A stretch of DNA of 64,000 bases. It comes from a virus. Location: the IMG/VR virus record IMGVR_UViG_3300008267_007212, one strand, 5' to 3'. The position numbers were made by a program, and so were the translations under genes. The notes under the pieces were generated by a model. That model did no database searches. It saw only the letters and a program-made list of their open reading frames with translations, and was not told the DNA's origin. How positions within the stretch are numbered: position 1 is the first letter of the stretch; the number at the start of each line of letters is the position of its first letter. Below are positions 44,449 to 54,800 of the stretch, in pieces.

Positions 44449-45092
44449 AGTTGTTGTATCAAAATTAAAGCAAACTTTTGCTGTTCGTTAGCAGTGGGAT
44501 GCCGAGTGGGTGTCATGATATCGTTAAATGAAACTGATAATTTTGTGTTGAACTCATGCCCAAACACAGAAAAATCGTAGTATTTTATGTGTTGCGAATC
44601 CATCCACAATCTAAACAAATTTATCAACATGCCTGCTGTATTAGTTTGATCAATGAAGTTGTTTTCTATCATGATCTTGTGTAACTTTGGCAGTGTTGAT
44701 AGATGTTGTTGATTGTGTTTGTCTGTGATAAATTTTACATTGTTTTTGTGTTCTACAAATACATCTGGATCGCTGTGATCACCTAGCAAAACGTAACTGG
44801 GGAGGATTTGCAACATAGAATCTTGTGTGTAAAAGCCTGCTCGGGCTGGATTGGTCCACCTTACAATTACTGTGTCAATATCCTGTTGATGGTGGGAAAG
44901 ATAATGATACCCGACCTCCACTGTTCTCTGTACAGAGCTTCCAGGTTCAGCCAAGTTTAAATAGTCTAGTTCTAGGTGATCAGCCACATAGTGACCAAAT
45001 GCATGTTCTGTGTTTTTTGGGTCTTTAAACACGCTTGCAGTGCCTATGCCGTGACAAAAACTATCTCCAAGAACCAGTAACTTTTTTACCAC
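44445..45092 (-). CDS. SGNH/GDSL-like hydrolase or acyltransferase
   Basis: LGDSFCHG, NLAEPGSS, TRHP. Confidence 0.7.
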   Translation of the reverse strand: MVKKLLVLGDSFCHGIGTASVFKDPKNTEHAFGHYVADHLELDYLNLAEPGSSVQRTVEVGYHYLSHHQQDIDTVIVRWTNPARAGFYTQDSMLQILPSYVLLGDHSDPDVFVEHKNNVKFITDKHNQQHLSTLPKLHKIMIENNFIDQTNTAGMLINLFRLWMDSQHIKYYDFSVFGHEFNTKLSVSFNDIMTPTRHPTANEQQKFALILIQQL

Positions 45093-46012
45093 CCTTCAAC
45101 TCGTCGAATAACATCTAACTCAGTTATTGTTGTTCCTATATTACGATGCACTGCTTTATAATGATGCTTGAAAAATGCGCTTTGATCTGCTGTCATATCA
45201 ACAATAGGTAGCCCTAGTCGTGTACGTAACGTTTGACCGATATTCTCACAAGCAGGCTCTGCATCTTTACTAAAGCTGTTCCATAAATATGCAAGATGAT
45301 CAAAATCTTGTACTTGTTTATAATCCCACTCTCTTAACATAGTCATGTACGTACCTAGGCGAGCACCGTATATGGCCCACCATCCATTTTCCACGTCTCG
45401 GCCGACACTTTGCCAAATACATAAATGATCATAGTTTCGAGCATGAACTTTTTGTTCAAACTCTTGCAGGCTGGGTTTCTTTCCTCGATCTAAACACATC
45501 TTAACACCTTCGCGGAATCCTGCTCGCCATGCTTGAAAAGGTGTTGCATTGGGAAATGTAGTACTATAGCAATCATGCATGGGAATATACTTAGGGTCAA
45601 AACAAAACTCTATCACGGTTTCGTCTCTGCCGTCAGTGGCTTCATGTGTTCGCATATTGTTAACGAACTCTTTGGTCCAGCAACTTATTCCGCCGTTGCC
45701 GTACATTAACCCATTGATATGATTGCGAGCCTTCCATCTAAACACACAATCTTGATTATTGTCGTCTAATTTAAGTTGGAGATTAAAAAACTCAGCGTCA
45801 GGTATATTGTCTCCGTCTATTAGCACGAACCTATCAGTATCGCTGGCCGCGGCGGCTGCTTTATGTGCAGCATCACTGCCTTTAACTCCATCCACACGTT
45901 TAGCCCACGGAATTAAATTTTGAATCTTAATCCAAAATTCTTCTTTTTTTGGTTCGTCGTAGGTTAAAAATATACAATCGAGATCTGCAATATCAACGAT
46001 TTTTGTAGTCAT
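45086..46012 (-). CDS. GT-A fold glycosyltransferase-like protein
   Basis: DCIFLTYDEP, AAHKAAA, VLIDGDN (DxD), YGNGG, AWRAGFREG. Confidence 0.7.
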   Translation of the reverse strand: MTTKIVDIADLDCIFLTYDEPKKEEFWIKIQNLIPWAKRVDGVKGSDAAHKAAAAASDTDRFVLIDGDNIPDAEFFNLQLKLDDNNQDCVFRWKARNHINGLMYGNGGISCWTKEFVNNMRTHEATDGRDETVIEFCFDPKYIPMHDCYSTTFPNATPFQAWRAGFREGVKMCLDRGKKPSLQEFEQKVHARNYDHLCIWQSVGRDVENGWWAIYGARLGTYMTMLREWDYKQVQDFDHLAYLWNSFSKDAEPACENIGQTLRTRLGLPIVDMTADQSAFFKHHYKAVHRNIGTTITELDVIRRVEGW

Positions 46013-46418
46013 AGTGTTCTGTGTCTTTAAAAGTTTCGCCATCTTCCAAAATTATGCCAGATAAATTTTTTACTGTTTTAAAACCAGTCTGACTTTTTTC
46101 AAGTTGAGGAGTTTGATTTAAGTTATCTTTTTTGATCGAAACTTTATCGTTTTGTATTCGATACTTGTAGCATTCCATATACACGGATTTATAAGTATTC
46201 TCATCTACTACAATATAATCACCAGAAAGGCCGTACATTTCTGCATCTTTTACTGTAGGGGATGTAGCCGTGATGTTTCCACTTTCATCGTAGTATATTC
46301 GATATTCGTATTCAATTAGTGCAGGTTTATCTATTAGCCCTAACTCGTCTAATTGTCGAATTATTTCTTCTAAGGTAGTATCTTCATTGACTGTTATGGT
46401 AGGTTCGTTCGTACTCAT
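45993..46418 (-). CDS. hypothetical protein
   Basis: ORF within the operon. Confidence 0.7.
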   Translation of the reverse strand: MSTNEPTITVNEDTTLEEIIRQLDELGLIDKPALIEYEYRIYYDESGNITATSPTVKDAEMYGLSGDYIVVDENTYKSVYMECYKYRIQNDKVSIKKDNLNQTPQLEKSQTGFKTVKNLSGIILEDGETFKDTEHYDYKNR

Positions 46419-47235
46419 TTAATAATTCCTCTGTTACATATGATTTATCATAATAATGCACTGGGTTGTATTGATTTAGATTGTGAATTTTAATCATGTG
46501 GTTATCTCGGTCATGCATTACTATGTCTTGCCAAGACTGATCGGTATTACCCCAACCATTGATACCAGGTTTCAAATGTATAAAATTAATGAAATCCATG
46601 GTAGGTATAGTGCATAGTTCTACTCCTATCGTCTTTGCTGTTACTGCATACAGTGCATCGGTGCTGGGTATATCTTCTCGACAATTTTTTAATATATTCT
46701 CTTTGAGATAATCCCAATTTCTTAAAATTCTTTGTGCTGTTAAAAAGAAATCACTGGCTGTTTTACTATATCTAAAATACATCAAACCATTATATATGTC
46801 CGGAAGATCATTATCATCAAAAAATTTTCTATAAAGTCTTGATGTAGATAATTCTTGTCTATAAGTTCTGCAGCCAGTGCTCAATACAACATCTCGCAGT
46901 CTAAAAGCATTCCACCAATGGTCAATATTCCGTGTAAATAATAAGTCACTTTCTAATTTAATAGTTTCTTTAAAAGGACTCAGTGAAAAAACTTGATATT
47001 CATTGGATAGCTTCCATGTACTACCTGTGTCGTTTTCGTCATAGGGAAGTTCGATAATGTGATCAAAAACTTTTGTGTGTTTATCTGTGATTTGATCGAT
47101 AGTATTTTTATCACAGATCACTGCATACTTAGCACCCGGGTGTAGGCTTTTTACATTCATTGCTTGGCAATACGCAAGTCTAAGATAATCTATCTTATCT
47201 GTATTCTGTGCAAATGTAAGAAAACCTTTACTCAT
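46384..47235 (-). CDS. GT-A (GT8-like) glycosyltransferase-like protein
   Basis: SPFKETIKLESDLLF, YNGLMYF, STD, HLK. Confidence 0.65.
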   Translation of the reverse strand: MSKGFLTFAQNTDKIDYLRLAYCQAMNVKSLHPGAKYAVICDKNTIDQITDKHTKVFDHIIELPYDENDTGSTWKLSNEYQVFSLSPFKETIKLESDLLFTRNIDHWWNAFRLRDVVLSTGCRTYRQELSTSRLYRKFFDDNDLPDIYNGLMYFRYSKTASDFFLTAQRILRNWDYLKENILKNCREDIPSTDALYAVTAKTIGVELCTIPTMDFINFIHLKPGINGWGNTDQSWQDIVMHDRDNHMIKIHNLNQYNPVHYYDKSYVTEELLNEYERTYHNSQ

Positions 47236-48049
47236 TACAAACAGCCTTTACAAAGCTATCAAATTGTTCTGACAATAGATAGTTCTTATCCATGATATGC
47301 AAATTTTGTCTGCTGATTACATCTGCCCGGTGTTTGTACTTAACAGTTAAAAATTTATTTTTGAGATCGATAGACTCAATGTTGTCTTCTATGGTCAACA
47401 TTAGCCAAGGTATACTTTGCTCAGGAGTCAGTGTATGGCCATTTAAAATGATATTGGCCATACTGAATGCAAAATCGTTTCTATAATTTGTTTCTCTAAC
47501 AGCAAACAAACTTCTATAATATCCATAGTTTCGTTGTATACGGCCCACTAAATCGAAAAACATTTTAGCTCTTGTAGTTTTTCGAAATAGTACTACAGTA
47601 GCCCAAACCATTGGCAAACTCGCAGGCCCCATTTCATCTGTGTTAAGTCCCAGTGGGGTCTGCATGTTATACATTAATCTATAGTCAAAGGGTTGGTCGA
47701 GTAACTTTATCAAGCTATTGTTGAGCATCAAATAATCAGTGTCTATTAAAATGGTTTCATCATATGGACTTAAATCGAATGCTCGATACCTATCAAAATT
47801 TTTCCATTCATATAATTGCTGATCTTTGGAAAATCTGACGTTGCCAGTTTTACTATCAACTCGAATTATTTGATCATAATCAAATTTTAATTCGGCATCT
47901 ATGTCTGTGACTATCGTTACAGGAAGGTTTGTATTTTTTTTGATTAATTTACTTGTTTGGTCTGCTATATCGGTATATTTGACTTTTCGACTGTTAAAAG
48001 CAAATACCAACACACCTTTAGATTTTTCTAATTCGCTTGAGTTCTTCAT
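47228..48049 (-). CDS. GT-A (GT8-like) glycosyltransferase-like protein
   Basis: SPYDETILIDTDY (DxD), WATVVLF, RNDFAFS, HIMDK; paralogue of the neighbouring gene. Confidence 0.68.
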   Translation of the reverse strand: MKNSSELEKSKGVLVFAFNSRKVKYTDIADQTSKLIKKNTNLPVTIVTDIDAELKFDYDQIIRVDSKTGNVRFSKDQQLYEWKNFDRYRAFDLSPYDETILIDTDYLMLNNSLIKLLDQPFDYRLMYNMQTPLGLNTDEMGPASLPMVWATVVLFRKTTRAKMFFDLVGRIQRNYGYYRSLFAVRETNYRNDFAFSMANIILNGHTLTPEQSIPWLMLTIEDNIESIDLKNKFLTVKYKHRADVISRQNLHIMDKNYLLSEQFDSFVKAVCNE

Positions 48050-48344
48050 GTTGTTGGTGCCACTCGTTCATTGCTGAATGATAGTGTTGTTGTGCTTTAA
48101 TTAAAAATTCTTGTTTATCTATTTCTATAGGATTTTGATAAACATCCTCAAGATAAAATCTGTCAATGGGCCAACTTGCAGCAAATGCCAATAGTTCTGG
48201 AGTTATTTTGAACAATCCGTTTTCATAAGGCATGTGTAAGTCTGTTAAAATACGTTCCCTTAGCAATCGTTTGTTAATTTGATAATCTGTAGCCAATTTT
48301 ATCTGATTGACTATTTCTTCGACAGTGCTGTTCATATTGGACAT
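48018..48344 (-). CDS. hypothetical protein, first gene of the modification operon
   Basis: ORF downstream of the promoter/hairpin. Confidence 0.7.
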   Translation of the reverse strand: MSNMNSTVEEIVNQIKLATDYQINKRLLRERILTDLHMPYENGLFKITPELLAFAASWPIDRFYLEDVYQNPIEIDKQEFLIKAQQHYHSAMNEWHQQHEELKRIRKI

Positions 48345-48349
48345 AAAAT

Positions 48350-48393
48350 GATAGGTATATACTATTATAATATATACCTATCTCATATGTCAA
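48350..48393 (-). promoter_or_regulatory. sigma70 promoter whose -10 box sits in the loop of a 12-bp inverted repeat (also terminator-like)
   Basis: TTGACA(48393-88)-18-TATAAT(48369-64); GATAGGTATATA/TATATACCTATC arms followed by ATTTT. Confidence 0.65.
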
Positions 48394-48402
48394 TCTTAAA
48401 AT

Positions 48403-49341
48403 TTAAGATATGGTAACTGTTCCCCAAGTATTTGTTAAGTTAGTTGTTTCTGGAAATTGAACTGTACAAATCATACCTAAACTAACATTTATCGAATCTG
48501 CGGGCTGAGTTGACCCTGTAGTAGCAGAAAATGCGTTAACTGTGATAGTAATAGTGTTTCCGTTTGCACTATATGAACCGGTAGTTCCATTAGTGGAATA
48601 GTTAACACTTAAAAAATCGCCTGTATAGTAGCTTGTACTAGTAACTTTGAATTTTTCAGTTGGGGTAGTAGTCAAACCGGTATAATATCCGCCGGTAGTA
48701 GTATCTGTGTTTAAAGTTCCACCTGAGCCTGCTCGGGCGCCGTAGGTTATGGCATTCAAACGTTTAGAAGAAAAATTAGTTTGAGCCAAAGTTTGTATAC
48801 TAGTACCACGGGAAGTTCCTCCAGTATTAGTGAAACTATTATACGCTAGGGTTATATATCCGCCAGAATTGAAAAAATATCGTGTTGCATCTACACCACT
48901 ACTGAAAGTAATTGTAAAGGTAATAATTCCAGTAACAGACGTGCCGGCTGAAGTATTCATAGTTGTAGCTTTTGAACTCGACGTTGTAGTTCCAACCGTT
49001 GCCGCACTAAGTCTGTTAGTGGCCGCAGTCGAAACAGCTGACGTTAGTGTGGATAAAAACGCTATCGATGTGCCAGCAGTGGGCGCACTTATACCAGATC
49101 CGCTACCACTTTGATGAACCCTTGCAGAATTTAATGTATTAACTAAACTTGCCCAGTTGGTTGCCGCTACAGTTCCCCCCACAGACACATTGCCCACTGC
49201 GGTTTGACCATATCCATAACTTCCTAGCCCAGTAGACCAAACTGGATTAAGTTGGGTTCCGCCTCCTTGTGTGCCGGCAGACCCGCCCACTATATTGTTA
49301 AAATCGCTTGCTTCAATTAATCCACCGGATGCGTATGTCAT
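48403..49341 (-). CDS. Ser/Thr/Gly-rich virion structural protein (tail/fibre-associated)
   Basis: Composition, GYGQTAV and RYFFNSGG motifs, position after the tail fibre gene. Confidence 0.65.
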   Translation of the reverse strand: MTYASGGLIEASDFNNIVGGSAGTQGGGTQLNPVWSTGLGSYGYGQTAVGNVSVGGTVAATNWASLVNTLNSARVHQSGSGSGISAPTAGTSIAFLSTLTSAVSTAATNRLSAATVGTTTSSSKATTMNTSAGTSVTGIITFTITFSSGVDATRYFFNSGGYITLAYNSFTNTGGTSRGTSIQTLAQTNFSSKRLNAITYGARAGSGGTLNTDTTTGGYYTGLTTTPTEKFKVTSTSYYTGDFLSVNYSTNGTTGSYSANGNTITITVNAFSATTGSTQPADSINVSLGMICTVQFPETTNLTNTWGTVTIS

Positions 49342-49353
49342 ATTTTGTTCCGT

Positions 49354-51006
49354 TTAACTATTTAATGTTACGATGGCGTATATAGTTCCTTCACCGTCGT
49401 CTAACTTATTTTCTAGTGCTCTACCAATTACATTGAACGGAGTAACTTCGGTTTTACTAGCAGCACGAGCCATTCCCCGACCAGCGCTGACTAATCTGTC
49501 CCCTTTACGTATCTCGCCAATTACTTTAACAGGAACTCGACCACTGACTGCAATGGGAGGATGAGTCTCATTAGATCCAGCCTGACTGTTCATTAGATAC
49601 GCTGCCCTTGTACTTACTACTCCGAATACTTCTTCACTGAGTTCTTCATTGGCTAATGTAACTTCTTTTTCGCCGCCCATGGTCAATACTGTACCAGGCT
49701 GATAATACGCATCTGCCTCAAATCGTTCTGCCAAGTCAGCGTACAGTGCATTAATTGCAACACCGTTAAAGAATGCTCCATTCACATTACCTTGTGCAAA
49801 TATTGCCCCAGTTAAACTCATTCCGCCTGATACACGAACAGCACCTGTTACGTTACTTGTAGCATTTTCGCCGCCGGTCACCAACAGATATGCAGCCGTT
49901 GATACATTTCCAGTAGCTTGGACACGCCCGCTGGCAACCACATTCCCAGAAGTTATAACACTGTTTGATGTAAACAGATTTCCGGTTAGACCAATGCCGC
50001 CTGTAACCCTAATAGCTCCAGTAACATTACTGGTGGCGTTATCTCCTTGAGTTGTTTGTATATAACCTGAAGTGACAAATGCGCCGGTTGTGCTTAAGTT
50101 TGCAATATTGGTTACACCAGTTTGACCATTTACTGTTAATACTGGGGAAAGGGTACCTAAAACATTAGCTACAACTTGTAAGTTTCCGCCATTTGTATTG
50201 TTTATAAGTTGAGTTGTGTTACCTGTTATAGAAACTGTAAAATTATTGCCCGACCCAACAGTTAAACCGCTGTTATTGTTTATATTAATTGTATTAGCAA
50301 ATGTAGTAGCAATATCTGTTCTAGCATAACTACTAGCAGGCTGACTACCTAAATTATTAGAATTAGTTGCATTTCCTACGAATGCAATGTTTCCAACTAC
50401 GGTGGTAGATGCTAAATTAAATCCTGGTTTAATTGTGGTAAATCCAGTGGGGCTATCTGCAGGAGTATATTCTTGATCTCTACTAATAATGCCAATTAAC
50501 GTTGTTCCAACAAATACATTAACTGCTACGTGATCTGCTACTAACGGATTGCTGTCTGCGATTTGTCCTACACTGACACCAGACTGACCGACGTTACTGG
50601 TAAATGCAGGCCCAATTAAAACCCAGCTTGAACCATTATAAATATTCAGCTGCTGGGCAGTTGTATCCCACCATGCATTTCCTGTTTTAGATCCAGTAGG
50701 TTGTGTATTACTGGAAGTCATCGTTCCCATTGTTCGCCAAGTAGACCCTGTATAAACTTTTAAGTTTCCAGCAAGATCCCACCATAACTGACCTGTCAAC
50801 GGATTAGGAATAGCTGAACTATCACCTCCACTGGTAGACAAACTGGCAAAATTTTCCAGCATGTGTACTAAGTCTGAGTTCAAAAATGTTCCGTAACCTG
50901 CATAGTTTTTACCTATCAAGGCTAAACTGGTACTGGTTTGATTAACTGTACCATCTTGAATTGTAGTTAAAAGTGTACCGTTACTTAAAGTTATTGTATA
51001 GGCCAT
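49354..51006 (-). CDS. tail fibre protein with C-terminal intramolecular-chaperone-like domain
   Basis: LIGKNYAGYG N-terminus, GQLWWD repeats, NATSNVTGA.RV.GG repeats, YADLAERF...GRVPVKV.G.I.KGD.LV. Confidence 0.8.
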   Translation of the reverse strand: MAYTITLSNGTLLTTIQDGTVNQTSTSLALIGKNYAGYGTFLNSDLVHMLENFASLSTSGGDSSAIPNPLTGQLWWDLAGNLKVYTGSTWRTMGTMTSSNTQPTGSKTGNAWWDTTAQQLNIYNGSSWVLIGPAFTSNVGQSGVSVGQIADSNPLVADHVAVNVFVGTTLIGIISRDQEYTPADSPTGFTTIKPGFNLASTTVVGNIAFVGNATNSNNLGSQPASSYARTDIATTFANTININNNSGLTVGSGNNFTVSITGNTTQLINNTNGGNLQVVANVLGTLSPVLTVNGQTGVTNIANLSTTGAFVTSGYIQTTQGDNATSNVTGAIRVTGGIGLTGNLFTSNSVITSGNVVASGRVQATGNVSTAAYLLVTGGENATSNVTGAVRVSGGMSLTGAIFAQGNVNGAFFNGVAINALYADLAERFEADAYYQPGTVLTMGGEKEVTLANEELSEEVFGVVSTRAAYLMNSQAGSNETHPPIAVSGRVPVKVIGEIRKGDRLVSAGRGMARAASKTEVTPFNVIGRALENKLDDGEGTIYAIVTLNS

Positions 51007-51027
51007 CGTTCATGTATCCATTTAATA

Positions 51028-51035
51028 TATTTATA
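51028..51035 (-). promoter_or_regulatory. canonical T4-type late promoter TATAAATA
   Basis: Exact match in the intergenic gap before the tail fibre ATG. Confidence 0.7.
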
Positions 51036-51046
51036 TTTCTTTTTAA

Positions 51047-51640
51047 TTACAAATTCGTACTTAAATTAGTTAAAGTTTGAATTCGAATAGTATAATCGAT
51101 TTGAATAAGTCTATTAAGTGCTTTTTGCACAGGGTGGAAAATTACGTGAGTCAGCAATTTTCCACTTTCGCTGATTAACCCTAGCTCATCAAATACATAA
51201 GTTCCAGACATTGTTGCACTGTTGTCAAATGCTTGTTGCCCAGCTGGTTCTGTGTAATCTAATAGACAACTTACAAAAATATCAGTATAGATCAAACCTG
51301 GAGTATGTCTTACTTCGATATAATTTCTAGCTGGATCTGTGTTTAATGCACTGGTATTATCAACTATTTTGCTGTAAGTTTGATTATACAAACTAGCATT
51401 CTGCCCAAAAGTGTTAGTAGGCAAGTACGTAATAACACCTGTGCTATCTACTGCGGTAGCGCCGTTTCCGAAAGCCATGCTTTGTATGTAACCAATACCT
51501 TTATTTGCAATACTTTGTGCCAACGCTTCACTCATATTTTCGTAATGAATAGCATTGGGTTTATCAATGATTATTTCTCCGGACGCAGGATCCCAAATTT
51601 TAATATGGCCTTGTATCATTGTATTTGTTTTATCTAGCAT
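51047..51640 (-). CDS. baseplate/tail structural protein
   Basis: MAFGNGA...FDELGL...LLTHVIFHPVQK...IDYTIR; structural context. Confidence 0.65.
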   Translation of the reverse strand: MLDKTNTMIQGHIKIWDPASGEIIIDKPNAIHYENMSEALAQSIANKGIGYIQSMAFGNGATAVDSTGVITYLPTNTFGQNASLYNQTYSKIVDNTSALNTDPARNYIEVRHTPGLIYTDIFVSCLLDYTEPAGQQAFDNSATMSGTYVFDELGLISESGKLLTHVIFHPVQKALNRLIQIDYTIRIQTLTNLSTNL

Positions 51641-51650
51641 AAGTGATCCA

Positions 51651-51803
51651 TTAATTTCCAGTTTCTACTATTACTTCACCAGACTCTGGATCTGTAATTT
51701 TTACAAAACCACGTACATAAATTCCCGTAGACTCGTTTGGTTTTTCTGGAACAGGTTTTTCAAGTTTTTGTTCCAAATCAGTGTTTGTATGGTTATTTAT
51801 CAT
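51651..51803 (-). CDS. 50-aa microprotein absent from the ORF track
   Basis: MINNHTNTDLEQKLEKPVPEKPNESTGIYVRGFVKITDPESGEVIVETGN*; AATAAATA at 51828-35 upstream. Confidence 0.65.
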   Translation of the reverse strand: MINNHTNTDLEQKLEKPVPEKPNESTGIYVRGFVKITDPESGEVIVETGN

Positions 51804-51842
51804 GGTATTCTATGTGCTTGTTGTTAATATTTATTTGTATCT

Positions 51843-54800
51843 TTACCCTTGCAATCCTTGTTTTAAGAAACTTACCTGTAAAGTATTAGCATTAAATAGT
51901 CCCTGTCCGTTGGAAGCTGTGGTATTTCCCAGGACTCCATTGGCATTTGCTTGGGCAGAATTACCTAAATTGTACCAAATATTAGTTTGGGCAAAAGCAA
52001 CATTGGATTCAAAAGTATAATACGTAGTAAACCGTTCATCTGTCAGATTCACCAAAGAATTATTACTAATATAAGCAGAAGTATTGCTAATTACGTTACT
52101 GATAGTTCCTACTATATTTCCGCCATTGTCGTATAAATCATTGCCAACATTCAATTCGGCCAAGAATATAGTACCATTTCCAGTAATAATATTGCTGCTG
52201 GTATTTGCTGTAATATTTCCTGTATATCGAACGGTAACATTAGATATATTTGCAGCTACAAAATACGGTGTATTATTCGCAGAAATATATGCCCATTCGA
52301 CGGGATTTCCTTCTGGTACATCTGGATTTCTCTTTGTAACTGCTAATATCGCAACTGTATCACTTACCACATTGTCGATAGTGCCTATCAATTGTTGGCG
52401 AGTAAAAGTAGAACTTGTACTAGAATTTCCTAGAGTCGACTCTACTGCATTTTCGTCCTTTACACCTGCAAATATTTGTGTTCCCGGAGTTAATGTGGTA
52501 AATGTGGTGCCCACACCTTCTAATGTGCTGCTGTAAACATTTACATTAATTGTTCCAGGACCTTGGGATCTGGCGTACCATACACTATCCCCCGAATTAG
52601 GTATAATTTGATTTTGACTTCCATCTAGTACTATGTTGCCAACAAAATGATTTTTAGCGCCAGTTCCGCCAGTTCCTCTACGAATTCTTCCTAATATATT
52701 AGTTGTGTTATCCTTAGAGTAATAGGTAATTCTTTCACCATTAATATACACAACTCCAGGTTGGCCCCCGTTAGAAGACGGAGTAGCTAATTTACTGGCA
52801 TCTACTACTTGAATTGTAGTGTCTGTCAAACTTAAATTTGCAGCCAATGTAGTGGTACTTGCGCCATCCTCTCTAAGATATGTAAAGTTATCATTCATAT
52901 CTTTAAAGATTCTATAAGACATCATTGGCCAAGCATTTCCGCTGGGAGAAATGCTTAGTTTCATTATGGCCGTAGCAATAATTGGCGACGTGTTTGCGCC
53001 AGTGATAACCACCTGTGGCGTAGTATCATACCCCCCACCATTATTGACAACTTGGAATGATGTTGCAGATCCGTTTGAATTTAATATTACTTGTGCTTGC
53101 CCTTGTGTAAAATATCCGCCGCCTACTATAGTTACACCAATGTCAGCAGGAGAATATCCACTGCCTGGGTCAATAATTTGTATATAATCAAGTTGAATTC
53201 CGCTACCTGTTGACCAGTTAGTATAATAGCTAACAGTGGGATCTGTTGCTATGGTACTAATCGTCATATCCAGTGTGTCATATACTCTTCCGGGCACCAT
53301 TTCTTCAGGAGCATGGCTTGCATATGGTCCTACATTATAAATGGTCAAGTTGGCTGTAGAAAATACATTTCCTGTTGTGGTCGGGGTAACCACATACCAT
53401 ACTTTATCGTTGTAAGAAATTAAATCGCCTTTGTCATAATATCTATTGGCTTTCCACTCAGTGAAGTAACTATAAACAAAAGGTCCCCCGTCAACAATGA
53501 TGTCTTCGGGTTTTGTTCCTAAAGTAATATCATTGAAAGTACTGGTTATTTTAGCATCTAAAATGGCATCACTTAAAATAGGAATTCCGTTTTCGTCAAA
53601 TTCCAATGGATCAAATAGAGTGGCGTCGAATCCGTCGGCAGCACTGATTCCCTCCAATGGGGGTTCAGGACCCGATCCGCCAAATCCTCCGTTGTCACTG
53701 AACGTTGGGCCTTGTACTTTTACCCCGGGATAGTCGATGCCCGATTGTAACAATGACAAATCTTTTCCAGGTTGTCCTAATTCAGGTTGATAATATGCTT
53801 GAATTCTGTCATTTGCATTATTAATATTATCAATAGGATAAACTGTTAAGTTGACAAGAACATTCGAATTGAATGTTGTGGGTGAAGTAAACGTTTGATT
53901 TACAATGTAAGCAACCCCGTTGTAATCAATGATAGTTCCTTGAGTAAACGTAGTATCTGGTTTCCAATCTACAATTGTAGTAGAATATGTATATCTATCA
54001 TAAACTAGAGTAGTTTTAATGTTTCTGACTAATCCGTTGACTAAATTAGCGCGAGCTATCGCGCCTGAACCATTGCCACCTGTTATAGTGATAACCGGGG
54101 TAGTAACATAATCACTTCCAGGATATAATAATACTATTTTTGTTAGAACTCCGTCAGTGATCAAAGCTCTTGCTACTGCATCATTGCCGTTTCTACTACC
54201 TGTAATAGTTATTATTGGGGGCAAGGTATAGCCAGAGCCGCCATCTATAATATCTATAGAAGCAATACTATAAGCATAATTAGATAACCAGTTGGCATAT
54301 TCAGGTTGCTGTAAAAATCTTGCATCTTGAATAAATTCGCCGCTAGGACTTCTTGTAGTTTTTAATACACTATCGTAAGTTGGTGGAACATCAAAATCAG
54401 ACACATAACTGTTATAATTGTCGTACCCTAGATAATCTACTACATATTCTCGGAGTGTAGTTTTATAAGGTTTAACTTCTTCTATGTATTGTTTATAGAA
54501 TTCTTGATTTTCTTTGATGTAGATTGCAGGTTGGTTTAGTCCTTGTATCTTTTGTAATACATTAATGAAGCTGGTCTTAAATAACCAATCTACATACTTT
54601 TGTTCATCTAGTATATAGTTAATGAATACAAAAAACAGATTTAAGAATTTAGAATCAAGTTGATCAATAAAAATATCATCTCTAAGAGTTTGTAGAATTT
54701 GTCTAGTTTCTATTCCAGGATTTTGATCAAATCTTATAGTATCAAAATTATCTGCATCAAACCCGAGACCGAATTCTTCTAGTGCGTAAAGATTTTTCTT

